A stretch of 64,000 nucleotides of DNA from Girardia tigrina. Lineage: Eukaryota. Under the pieces are notes generated by a model that had not been told where the DNA came from, searched no databases, and was given only the letters and a program-made list of their open reading frames with translations. This document shows, piece by piece, positions 39,672-51,383 of the stretch. Positions within the stretch are counted from its first letter, which is position 1; each line of letters opens with the position of its first letter. Location of the stretch: positions 20,077-84,076 of the forward strand of contig MQRK01220259.1 in NCBI GenBank assembly GCA_001938485.1. Reading direction: 5' to 3'. Position numbers and translations under genes: made by a program.

Positions 39672-40256
39672 CAGCGGTTCTCAAAGGGGGTCGGCTGTCC
39701 CCTAGGGAACCGCGACAAACCCACAAGCTGTTGCACGCGGTTAATTTGCAGTTGACGTTCAATGGGTTGCCTTTAGTTCAATTTAGTCCAGGAACAATTT
39801 ATTGATTTAATAAATGATAGGGGTGCAAAACATGTTTTCCGTGGAACTTGCTGTAGTGACTTTTGGATTGAAATGGCACAGTCCTATCCTGATGTTGCAA
39901 AGATGGCTCTAAGAGTCATCATTCCATTTGCAACCACCTATGAGTGTGAGTCGGCTTTTTCTACACTACTTACAATTAAAAAAAAGGAAGAAATAGATTA
40001 GGCGCGACAAATGATATGCGGATTGCACTGGCCAAGACAAAGCCAAACCTAGAAGCTCTAGTTCTGGAAAAACGCCTGCAGCCGTCGCATTAAAATTGTT
40101 ATTTAATTTTTACGATGTAATATTTTCTCAATATATATGTTTTATTCGCTATACCTTTTTTATTCTTTATTTTTTATTAATAGGGGTCCGCGAGCTATTG
40201 AACAATTTTTAAAGGGACCGCCTCGCAGAAAATATCAAATAATTTGAGAAACGCTA
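39672..40256 (+). mobile_element. hAT (Buster/Charlie) internal-deletion derivative
   Basis: TIRs CAGCGGTTCTCAAA...TTTGAGAAACGCTA; flanks TTTTATAA/TTTTAGAG; DFWIEMAQSYPDVAKMALRVIIPFATTYECESAFS...RLQPSH*. Confidence 0.92.
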
Positions 40257-41269
40257 TTTTAGAGGTTTGAATGATTTTAAAATTAGTTAATTATTTTTTA
40301 TATTTTCTTTGAAATATTTTATATTTAAAATAATAATAAATGTAACGAAATTTGTTCGAATAGACTTTATTAAAAACTACAGAAATTTACACTAAATAAA
40401 ATAATGACAAATGGTGAAAGAACTTTTGAGAGTTGTAATGACTCAAATGTTTACAAAGTAAATGTGTGGGTGCTCATAACAGCGGTCAAAAATAAAGCAA
40501 CACGGTTTCATTCAAGCATAGCTTTCAATTAAGTTGATCTGTTAACAATGAAAAAGGAATAAGAAGGAGTCTCGCGAAATGGCAATTATTTGCTTCGAGG
40601 GGCCGCGACCCTATGGGTTCTTGTTTACCTGAACTTTTATCCGAAAACTAAAAAGAACATCACCAATAATCAAATTTAACCATTCATGGATGATATACAA
40701 CGGCAAAAACTGACCACCGAAGATGCCAATTTCATTTTTTTTGATGTATTAGCTTATTTATGTGTATGAAAATATGCAGTTATTGAGAATGTTTATATAA
40801 TACGTAGATTGCAAGTTTAACAATTGTTGAAAACTTATCTTCATGAATAGTAATTTCATAAAAAAGATATGAAAAAGTATATTATATATTAATTATAAAA
40901 TTATTAATATAAAAGCATTCATCAAATAAATGGTGTTTGATCCTATGTGAAAGGGGAAATGTTCGATCCTCTCAGGGAGAGCGATAGGAACGGGCCATGC
41001 TTTGTTTATCAAGAGTGAAAGAAAAGAGAAAAATAATTTGGATTTTTTATTTATTTTGTTAGAGAGAATTGTTAATTTTTGTGTGTTTTGATATTTTTCT
41101 GTTAAAAATGTAAGTAAAAAAGGTTTGTTTTAATGAATTGAATGCATGGAAATAAATTATAATATATAGATATTAAGAATTTGTTAATAATAATATATTG
41201 AATAAAAATTATTGATCGATTTTGTGTTGGATTAATTTAATTTGGAATTGCATGGAATTTCAATTACAA

Positions 41270-42050
41270 CAATGTCACAGTTGAACCCGTCAGTAATTGT
41301 GAAAAATGCCAATCGAATAACATTGGATCGACAAAATTTAACGAGCTGTCCAATGTTGGACGATGAGCACGTCAGATTACTGAACTACCAGTATAATTAC
41401 ATCCATCAAATACAGCATCTTGAAAAGTAACGCAAAATAATACTTCTTGATTTGTACGACAACAGAAGTGAAAATATATCCGGACTTGATTCTCTTAAGT
41501 CATTACGAGTATTAATGTTAGGCAGAAATAGAATTTATAAGACTGAAGCACTTGATTCACTGACACGCCTTGATGTGTTGGATCTTCGCGCATATTGTTT
41601 ACAAGTTATAGAAAACATTGATCATCTTTGTGATTTACGGGTTATCAATCTCACCGGAGACCAACCTAAAGGGTATTTATTCTCTCACAAATAAATGTGC
41701 GTAAAAACTTTATAGATTCAGTTGTTGATGTCAATTCGAATAACTGTACGAATTTACAGAGAATCTTTCTCAGTTTTAATCAATTAAGAAAAATTTTCAA
41801 CTTTTCCTGTCTAATTAATCTTTTGTCCCTAAATGGGCTGTCCATAGACAATAATCCCTTTTCAACTTAAGTAATTTTCTTTCAGCTATGATCTTCAACT
41901 TTGCTCAATTGGAACTATTGAATTCAAAAGCCATAACTGAATACTACTACAAAATCAAAACCATCTAAAGTCATTTGATTTGCACGTCTCACTGAAGTCT
42001 CAGACAAATCGAAACGTATCTCAAAGTTGCAAATAATTTCGAAAGAGTAT
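41270..42050 (+). pseudogene. LRRC49: Leucine-rich repeat protein 49-like pseudogene (N-terminal LRR region)
   Basis: RITLDRQNLTSCP..VRLLNYQYNYI..LDLYDN..LRVLMLGRNRI..LDVLDL..IENIDHLCDLRVINL..LQRIFLSFN..DNNPF..QLELLNSKAITE; stop at 41428-41430 and frameshifts; no introns apparent. Confidence 0.8.
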
Positions 42051-42187
42051 TGAATGAATGTTTGGCGCTGATGGAATGGTATAAATCTGGTGATCAAAAC
42101 TACAACAAAATGACAAAAAGAAATCTCGCGAGCGTCTAAACCGTCCAACCAGTCGCTCTAAGTGATGACGGCAAAACCATCGAGAAA

Positions 42188-42356
42188 GGATTCTTAATCA
42201 ATCTAATCGATTCCCCGGGTCGCGTAGATTTTAGCGGTGAAGTAACAGAAGCCTCAAGAGTGACCGACGAAGCGCTGTTTGTTATCGATTGTGTGTTGGA
42301 CGTGTGGGTACAGGCAGATACCATGCTGTACTAGGCGATCACCGAGAGAATCAAAT
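42188..42356 (+). pseudogene. EEF2: Elongation factor 2 GTPase-domain fragment
   Basis: [51 protein letters not shown]. Confidence 0.88.
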
Positions 42357-42712
42357 GCCCAACACCGGAACTCCGCAACTGCGCCGCATCCATCCTCTTG
42401 CCATAGACAAATGGACAGACAAAAAAACAGCAAAAAATAAACAGGGAACAATAATTATTTCTTTTTATCTGAAAAAAAGAAAAATATGATAAAGGGCTTC
42501 TATAACTAAAAAACATTTTTAATGAATTAAACTATTTGGTTCGTGATTGAAATCAAAAGTCATTATTCGCAAACTTTATTTCTAATACAACTTTCATTAT
42601 TCAAACAAATTATGAAGAACAATTTTTCAATTACATAAACCAGATTTTAAAATTCTAAACATAAATAATGATATCAATAATATAATTTGATTTAAGCTTT
42701 TTTTATACAACT

Positions 42713-42748
42713 ATTGGACATGTTTCGATGTTTATCATCATCAGCAAT
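42713..42748 (-). ncRNA. Minimal type I hammerhead ribozyme in a Penelope pLTR
   Basis: ATTG-CTGATGA-T-GAT-aaac-ATC-GAAAC-at-GTC-CAAT: intact core, stems I, II and III, GUC cleavage triplet. Confidence 0.8.
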
Positions 42749-42878
42749 TTTCTATTGAATTGTTTGAATAATACAATTTTTCACAATTTTATTAAATATA
42801 ATTTACTTTAAAAGGTAAAGAAAAAATTAAACATTTTTATTTATGAAAATATTATTGGGTAATAATGAAAAAAATATT

Positions 42879-43035
42879 TTAATTAAAAATTTTAAGTATT
42901 GAAATAACCTTACTTTGCCCATTCTGAATGTTAATTGATGGGTTGTGGTGTCTTATTAGTAGAGATTCACAAAACTGTCGTTCGTAATGTGAATCAAAAC
43001 CCTTTTGTAGAACAGAAAACTCATCTCTTGAAATG
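42879..43035 (-). mobile_element. Penelope-like GIY-YIG C-terminal fragment
   Basis: DEFSVLQKGFDSHYERQFCESLLIRHHNPSINIQ. Confidence 0.8.
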
Positions 43036-43044
43036 GATGAAAAA

Positions 43045-44007
43045 ATGAAAACTTTGAAGATGCTGTGAACAACGACAATTTGAGGACAATGGTGGAAACA
43101 GATCCCCGTACAACAATCAGAGAACTTGCAGATGGGTTGGGCATTAGTCATTCAACAGTCCTGGATCATTTAAAACAACTTGGAAAAATCAAGAAACTTG
43201 ATAAATGGGTTCCGCATGATTTGAATGAAAATCAAGAGAATCGACGCTATGAAATTTGTTCTGCCAATCATCTTCGCAATAAAAACGATCCATTTCTTGA
43301 TCGTATTGTTACCTGTGATGAGAAATGGATCCTGTATGATAACCGACGTCGATCTNNNNNNNNNNNNNNNNNNNNNNNNNNNNNNNNNNNNNNNNNNNNN
43401 NNNNNNNNNNNACCCCGTAAGGTTATGGTGACAGTTTGGTGGTGTGATGCTGGAATCATCCACTATAGTTTCTTGAATCCAGGTGAAACACTCACAGCGG
43501 AGAGGTACTGTCATGAAATTGATGAAATGCCTAAAAAATTGAAAACCCTTTGTCCTGGATTGGTCAATCGAAAAAGTCCCATCCTTCTTCATGATAACGC
43601 TATACCTCATATTTCAAAAGTGACTCTTCAAAAGCTTAATTTGGGCTATGAAACCTTGCTTCATCCACCATATTCACCAGACCTCTCGCCAACGGACTTC
43701 TACTTTTTCAGGCATTTGTATAACTTCCTACGTGAAAAAATGTGCAAAAACCAAAATGATGCTCAAAATGCCTTCCAAGAATTCGTCACTTCGAGAACCG
43801 ATGCATTTTATGCTGATGGAATTAAACAACTTGTTTCTCGTTGGCAAAAATATATTGATGCCAACGGTTCATACTTTGATTAATCAACTTTTGTTTCTGT
43901 GAATTTGCACGTCTTTGAAGTTTGTGTCCTAAAACCGNNNNNNNNNNNNNNNNNNNNNNNNNNNNNNNNNNNNNNNNNNNNNNNNNNGCCATTATTTTTC
44001 GACCAAC

Positions 44008-44011
<4 letters not shown>
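43045..44011 (+). mobile_element. Mariner (DD34D) element, 5'-truncated
   Basis: WVPHDL, IVTCDEKWILYDN, LLHDNA and HPPYSPDLSPTDF motifs; the 3' TIR ...TTTTCGACCAACCTAA runs into (TA)n. Confidence 0.95.
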
Positions 44012-44063
<52 letters not shown>

Positions 44064-45543
44064 CGTGCGTGTGTGTTATTTTATTCAATTTTGGATAAAT
44101 CATATTTTGTTTTTGTTTTATTAATTTTTACAATGTTGATTAATTGAAATATAAATTTAGATCTTTAAAAATATTTTAATGGATATGTCCTGTAAAAATT
44201 CAATTCCTAAATAATTTTTTCATTAATTTTAAAAATTCAATTATAAATTATTTTTTAATAAGACTTTCCGTTAACAATTAAATTCAATAAAACATTATGA
44301 TTTTTATTTTAGAACTTGATTTTAAAATATTCAATAAATTATTTTTTTAATAAAACTTTCCATTGACAATTAAATTCAATAAGCATTATGATTTTTTTAA
44401 ATAGTGGTACAAGATATATCAAAATCTTCTTCACAATATTCTTTAACTCCGAAGCTGTTATTTTAACTGATTTTTTAAAACTTAATTTTTATAAAAAGTT
44501 ATTTCATTTTAATTAGTAGAACATTATTTTTAATTTATCTCAAATATAAATATTATTTTTAATTTAAAAATATCAAAAAATTTACAGTTCACCAAAAGGA
44601 CCCCAAACAAAAACAAAACAAATTTATTTGTAAATATATTTAGAGTGATGTAAAGCTCGTTGTAGAAAACTTAAATCAATTATGAACTTTTAATAGAATT
44701 TAATAATAAATTTTGATAAAAGTAATTATAATAATAAGTAATTATAAAATAATTATATTATTTATTATTAGAACAATCGCTACTCAAGTAAAAATAGTTT
44801 TTATCTTAAAAAAAGAAAAATATGATGAAAGGCTTCTATAACTAAAAAACATTTTTAATGAATTAAAACAAAATAAATTTATTTGTATTAAAAAAACATT
44901 TAATTTGAGTTTCTCAAGTTGATAAAACTTGTTATAATTTCACATGAAAACTCTGAAATTCAACACTGTTATTTCAATTAATTTTTGAGAAAAAATATAT
45001 CATTACATAAGTTCATTATTATATTATATTATTTTCAATTAAAACTACAAATAAATATTCTTTATTAATTTTAAATATAAGATGAAAATCTAACCGGAAT
45101 TTGTTGGGAATATTATTTACATTTAAATGATAAATCAAAATTTTAATTTAAATATTATATAAAAAGATAATGAATATTAAAACTTACAGAAAGAAAATTT
45201 GATTTTTAGATTTCTTTTACTAATTTATTAAATTAATTTTATTCTTTAATTATTTTCATTTTTTCTAAAAAACTTATTAAATAAAATAAATATTTTGGGT
45301 TTAATTTTAAATAAAATAATTAATTAATATATTTTTTCTATTTATTTTTTTAATTAAAAGAAAACCCAAAAAACTGTCAAGACGGAGTTTGAGAGAGATT
45401 TTAAGTGAATATTAAATTCTATTTATTTTTCTTTTTAATAATATTTATTAATTTCAAAATTTTTTTATTAAATTACTTTTACTTCACAATACCTTGTCAC
45501 TATACATTATTTTTGTTATAACTTATTTGTATATAGTGGGACC

Positions 45544-46020
45544 CAGTGGCGTAGCCAGGAATTTTAAAAAGGGGGGTTTAACAACGAAAATCAAAGAACG
45601 ACCATATTTTATATTGTAAATTACAATATTACAATTTGTAATAATTTTTGCCAACCATGCACTAAACGTCAAAAACTTCACCCACCCATTTTAGGTAGCA
45701 ACTTTAAATGAGGATAATAATCACATCATGACATGTTCAAGTCCATTAATACTCAAGTCAAATCAAACGGAGATTTAGTCGACGAGATTTTAGTGAAAGA
45801 TTGTATAATACGCCTGTAAAACTTGGGGTGAGGTCCCGATGGTTGTACAGCAGTGCTAATCCATTCATCCGCGTTTCTGCTGTAGTGTTCCGAAGGTAGT
45901 TTTGAGACGACGGAGAGATGAGAAGGATCGCTCGTAGGAACAAGTAGACACTGGAAGAGTGGTTACTATTAGCAACAGTGTGTAAATATTCGGAAGTATT
46001 TCCGCATGGCACGCAGAGGA
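45544..46020 (-). mobile_element. hAT (Tip100/Blackjack-like) 3' fragment
   Basis: TIR CAGTGGCGTAGCCAGG at 45544; YLRNTTAETRMNGLALLYNHRD dimerization-domain motif. Confidence 0.8.
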
Positions 46021-46761
46021 ATCTAGGTATAACAATGTTTTGTTAATTTTTGCTATTTTATGACTTTGTTTTTCATATTTTATTTATTTATAAATAATTT
46101 GAGAAAGAAAATTTAAAAAATCAATTAAATTCAACAAATTTTGTAAATGGAGTTATATTTATGTAAAGTATATTGGTAATTTTCAAATATTTTAAATTAT
46201 TTTTGATTATTACTTCTTATTAATTATAAATCCGTAATAATATTTACTTTTTAAATTGTACAGAATGTAAAATATTTAAGCAGAGACATGACCACTGGCT
46301 TTTCCTTGACCAAAGAGAATTTAAAAGCTCTTTCTTAGGTGTATTAACGAGAACAGTTGTATGACAAATTAGGAACAAATAATTTCCTTTCTCCCCTCAT
46401 TTTCATGCCAAAAATAAAATCTATTTAATCGACGAAAATGCTCAAAATGTAAATTTCTTTGATAAATTTTACTATAATATTATTATTATAGATAGAAGAA
46501 AATAATTTTGTCAATATTTTGCTGTTATCTATTATGAAATAAAAAATCTAAATCTAATATATTAGAGTAAAATAACTGAAAAAAATATTTAATTATAAAA
46601 ATAAATGAATTTAAAAAAATCTATTAAAATTTAAAAAGAGAATTTTCAAGTAAAAATGAAAAAAGATAATAATTATACGGAATTTATTTTTTATAAATAT
46701 GAAAAGAAAATTTGTGTTTAAATTAAAAAAATGATAAATAGATAAAAAGAATTATAAATAA

Positions 46762-47912
46762 TCATGTATATAATATTTGTCTAAAAAGTGTGTTTGTTTG
46801 TTTGTCGGTCACGCTTTTCAATGTGAAATTGCGGACGAACAATGTGAATCCATTTAAGATCGTGGTCAATCTGGATACCCCGCATCCATACAATTCTGTT
46901 GGTGCAGGGCCTTTGCCAAATGACGCCTGCAAGCCGATGAAATCGACCAAAAACCGTACAAGTCGTTAAATGGTTATATTAACACCGATTTCGAATAATG
47001 ACGATTTTGACGATTCCTACACGGAATTTCGTGAAAATTTTTATGAAAATATCAATAAAATACAAATTTATTTGATAAATGACGATTTCTATCACTTATT
47101 TACTTTTTAAGCTTTCTCAATTATTTAGAAGCTTCGTTTGAAATTAATCTTTTATTTATCCTTTTCTTCTGCTTTCTTAGGTAGCAAAGCACTTTAAATA
47201 TTCGGCATCATTCCACCTTGAGAAATAGTAACACCACCTAACAACTTGTTCAATTCCTCGTCATTACGAATTGTTAATTGCAAGTGTCTTGGAATGATAC
47301 GAGTTTTCTTATCTCTGCCAGTGTTACCTGCTAATTCGAGCACTTTAGCAGTCAAATATTCCAGAACTCCAGCAAGATAAACTGAGCACCTTCTCCGACT
47401 CTTTCTGCGAAATTACCTTTTCGTAATTTACGATGCATTTTTCCTACTGGAAATTGAAGACCAGCTCTTGAACTACGACTCTTGGATTGAGTTTTGTAAG
47501 CTTTATCAGATTTTCCGGCTTTTCCGGACATTTGAAAACTTCTTTATTTCTAAAAATCAATTTAGGTTAAATTTGCCAAATTTCGTTATCCTCTGATTTA
47601 CGATTTGTCGGTCAATCTCAAATTTTACTATGATTATATATATGCTGATAAAATGAGAAATATTGGAGGAAAGGTGAGTGAATCCGCATAAAGTTGAGAT
47701 AGCTCTGCATAGTCCGTATCGAGACGATTTTGTCTGTACAGCGCCTTTGCCAAAAGGCCCTGGGAGCCGATTTATTTGACTGACTGTTAAATTAACACTA
47801 AATTCAAAACAATTAATAATAAAGTATAATAATTACGATTTAAAAATTAAAACAGAATCTTTCAAAGTCGAAAATTCAGCTCATCCGTCATATATGACGG
47901 GTCTTTATCTAG
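46762..47912 (+). mobile_element. Complete non-autonomous Helitron carrying H2A (copy 2)
   Basis: A|TC start, (TTTG)n near the 5' end, 3' hairpin CCGTCA-tata-TGACGG, CTAG|T end, no TSD. Confidence 0.88.
47152..47531 (-). pseudogene. H2A: Histone H2A full-length pseudogene
   Basis: [84 protein letters not shown]; frameshift near 47384 and stop at 47194-47196. Absent from the ORF track. Confidence 0.95.
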
Positions 47913-48214
47913 TAGAATAATGTTTGTTGAGAACATATACAATTATATTTCCAATATATTTATTTATTAAAATTATCTATTTTTCAAAGGATTTTTACAA
48001 AAAAATATTTTTTGTCTTTTATTTTTTATATAATTAATTTAAAAATTTCAGATAGTTTTCTATAATTAACATTTACTAATTAAAATAATTTTTTATAAAA
48101 AAATTCTAATTTATATTTTGATTAAATAAAAATTTATAATAAATGTTTTCTATCAACCAGTTTTACAATTCGCTTTTTAAAATTAATCAAATTGCATAAT
48201 TTAAAGTATTTTCA

Positions 48215-48440
48215 ATTCGATATGTCACGGATGTCACAATTCGTTGCTTGAAGAGACACAATGTCACCTCCGTACTCATATTAGTGAGCACACACAACCA
48301 AGTCGGACAAATAAATGTGATCATTTGAATTCGTGTCAGAATAAAGAATCAGTTGATTTAAAGGATGAACTCTCAATTCTGATTTCGATTTTCGTCACTC
48401 ATTTTGAAAGACAATTTGGCGAGTCTTTATTGATCATAGC
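48215..48440 (+). mobile_element. Penelope-like GIY-YIG relic
   Basis: CHGCH..EETQCHLRTHISEH..ERQFGESLLI. Confidence 0.75.
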
Positions 48441-49767
48441 TTTTAAAAAAACAATTATTTTTATTTCACATTGTGATAAGCAAATCATGTTTACATTATT
48501 AAATTTAATTACATAATTCTTTCATATTTATATATTTTTCGTTTTTCATCATCTTAGGTTTTAGTTTTTTAATAAAAGAAGTGGTTTCTTTGAAATATAT
48601 GTTTTAAGAGACTCATAGTTTATTATTACTATTTTTATAATTATTATAATTTAGATCATCGGTACTAAGTTTATGTTTGCAAATAACCCTTAACAATCGT
48701 TCTATTTTTTGAATAGTGCTGATCGTGGTTATTCCCATACTGCTTTGTTCCTCAAAAACAAAAATCTTATGTTAAAATCAGGGAATTCGGTACGTTAAGC
48801 TTGATGTACCTCAATAATAAAATCCATAATTACTGTATTTGGATTAAATTCGGGCCTTGTATTTTTAATCATTTAGAAAAGCTTTTAGTGCGTTGATCGT
48901 AATTTGTTTCGAAGGAAACAAATATGAATTGATAATACTTTTTTAATGTGATAAATGATAAATAATTTTACTTTTTTTGAACTGTTACTCAACTTCTCTA
49001 TATAATTTTAAAAACGTATAGTGCTGAGTTTTTCGAGGCCGAGTTGTTCGTTTTCCACATAATCAAGTGTATTTTTTAAATATTCACAGGTCCTCTCGTA
49101 TAAAACATACACTCTCACCATCTCAAACAAGTACTACTTTATTGATTTGAATTTTATTTAATTTAATTAATTAATATTAATACTTTTTTTAAAATTTCAT
49201 TTTTATTTGAAAATGTTTTTTAAAAATACTTAAAAATTATTATTCATTCATTTAATTTTATCTTTGATGTTAACTCAAATTAATGATAATCTGTTAAAAA
49301 TTTGTTATGAAAAATTCTTTTTTTACTAACGAAATGAACCCTTCTGTCTCTATCGCTTCATCGGCATCGATGTTATCATTTTCAAATGGTTTAGGTTCAT
49401 TTTTTGGAAATTTGATTTCCAGCCATGATGAAATAAGGTCTTAAAAAATAAGGATTGATCTTTAAGTGACATTTGATTGTCCGAATTCCTTTTTTTGATT
49501 TTTTGAATTTGATATAGAAGGAGGAAAATTCCTTTTCCTTTCGGTTTGCAAATGATCGGTCAATCCACAATTTCACTATTTTACGCTCTAATTTGAATTG
49601 TTAGTTCTTAGTGCCATTTATCCAATGTTAAAGCAATTTTGCATCAACTATTCCAAAATATTGCAATTAGTATGCGTGTTTGAAAAAATGTATAATTTAC
49701 ATCGATTTGTGTTATTAATTCAATTGTTATTTCATGGAAATCGAAGGGTTAACTTTAAAGATATATA

Positions 49768-50964
49768 CAGGGTGCGGCAGCTATTTGAGAACACGTAATA
49801 TAGACACCATATCTTTTTGTGTGTTATAATTACATAATTTTATTTTTGCTGGTATACATTGCAGAAGCTACTCTTACGAATGAAATGAAAAGGCATGCAG
49901 TTATTGTGTCATTAGCTGCAGGACACACCGATTCAGAAATTGCTACATTTTTGAAAGTCGCCCGGTCGTTTGTTNNNNNNNNNNNNNNNNNNNNNNNNNN
50001 NNNNNNNNNNNNNNNNNNNNNNNNNNNNNNNNNNNNNNNNNNNNNNNNNNNNNNNNNNNNNNNNNNNNNNNNNNNNNNNNNNNNNNNNNNNNNNNNNNNN
50101 NNNNNNNNNNNNNNNNNNNNNNNNNNNNNNNNNNNNNNNNNNNNNNNNNNNNNNNNNNNNNNNNNNNNNNNNNNNNNNNNNNNNNNNNNNNNNNNNNNNN
50201 NNNNNNNNNNNNNNNNNNNNNNNNNNNNNNNNNNNNNNNNNNNNNNNNNNNNNNNNNNNNNNNNNNNNNNNNNNNNNNNNNNNNNNNNNNNNNNNNNNNN
50301 NNNNNNNNNNNNNNNNNNNNNNNNNNNNNNNNNNNNNNNNNNNNNNNNNNNNNNNNNNNNNNNNNNNNNNNNNNNNNNNNNNNNNNNNNNNNNNNNNNNN
50401 NNNNNNNNNNNNNNNNNNNNNNNNNNNNNNNNNNNNNNNNNNNNNNNNNNNNNNNNNNNNNNNNNNNNNNNNNNNNNNNNNNNNNNNNNNNNNNNNNNNN
50501 NNNNNNNNNNNNNNNNNNNNNNNNNNNNNNNNNNNNNNNNNNNNNNNNNNNNNNNNNNNNNNNNNNNNNNNNNNNNNNNNNNNNNNNNNNNNNNNNNNNN
50601 NNNNNNNNNNNNNNNNNNNNNNNNNNNNNNNNNNNNNNNNNNNNNNNNNNNNNNNNNNNNNNNNNNNNNNNNNNNNNNNNNNNNNNNNNNNNNNNNNNNN
50701 NNNNNNNNNNNNNNNNNNNNNNNNNNNNNNNNNNNNNNNNNNNNNNNNNNNNNNNNNNNNNNNNNNNNNNNNNNNNNNNNNNNNNNNNNNNNNNNNNNNN
50801 NNNNNNNNNNNNNNNNNNNNNNNNNNNNNNNNNNNNNNNNNNNNNNNNNNNNNGTACGTGTTAATATATGTAAAATTTTAAATTGTAATAAATGTTATTT
50901 TTCTGTTGTATATTCATTTTTTGAACTTTATGTCATTTTGTTCTCAAATAGCTGCCGCACCCTG
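49768..50964 (+). mobile_element. Tc1/mariner-superfamily element, interior N-masked
   Basis: Perfect 26-bp TIRs CAGGGTGCGGCAGCTATTTGAGAACA, TA TSD, and HTH start MKRHAVIVSLAAGHTDSEIATFLKVARSFV. Confidence 0.92.
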
Positions 50965-51035
50965 TACAGGGTCAAGGTAGGTAGGAAGTGCTAACAGAAG
51001 ATAACGTTCTGATTCAAAATTCTTCAGTGTATCCA

Positions 51036-51383
51036 CAGACCCGTAGTGAGGGCGGTACGAGCGGTGCGGCCGCACCGCCAAAATCTGAAGGGGCGTCAAA
51101 ATCGCAAAATGACCAATTTTGACTGATCAGATCTCTGTAGGCTAATCACTTTATAATAATAATTATAGTAGTCTTTTTTGTTTAATGGCAAAGCATCCAT
51201 GAATTTATCCGAATAAATTGATGTTTTCTTATAGCTAGGCTTAAGCATAAATGCTGCGTCATAGAGCATGTGAATACGAACGTCCAAAGTCAATTTAATT
51301 CTTTTAAGGCATAATTTGTAGTAGTGAATCTTTTTCAGATTTGAACTTCGCACAGGGCGCAATTTTTCCTTACTATGACTCTG
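51036..51383. mobile_element. hAT-type MITE
   Basis: TIRs CAGACCCGTAGTGAGG / CCTTACTATGACTCTG; perfect 8-bp TSD TGTATCCA. Confidence 0.92.

Noticed and set aside
40930-41000. tRNA or SINE (GTTCGATCC B-box-like)
   Set aside because: No cloverleaf or convincing A-box.
42330-47196. TAA/TAG = Gln genetic code (stops fall at Gln positions in H2A and EEF2)
   Set aside because: Other stops replace Trp (tubulin) and Leu (LRRC49), frameshifts co-occur, and H2A terminates at TAA; ordinary C-to-T decay explains it.
49819-50994. 391-aa and 303-aa ORFs
   Set aside because: Their length comes from the N run.
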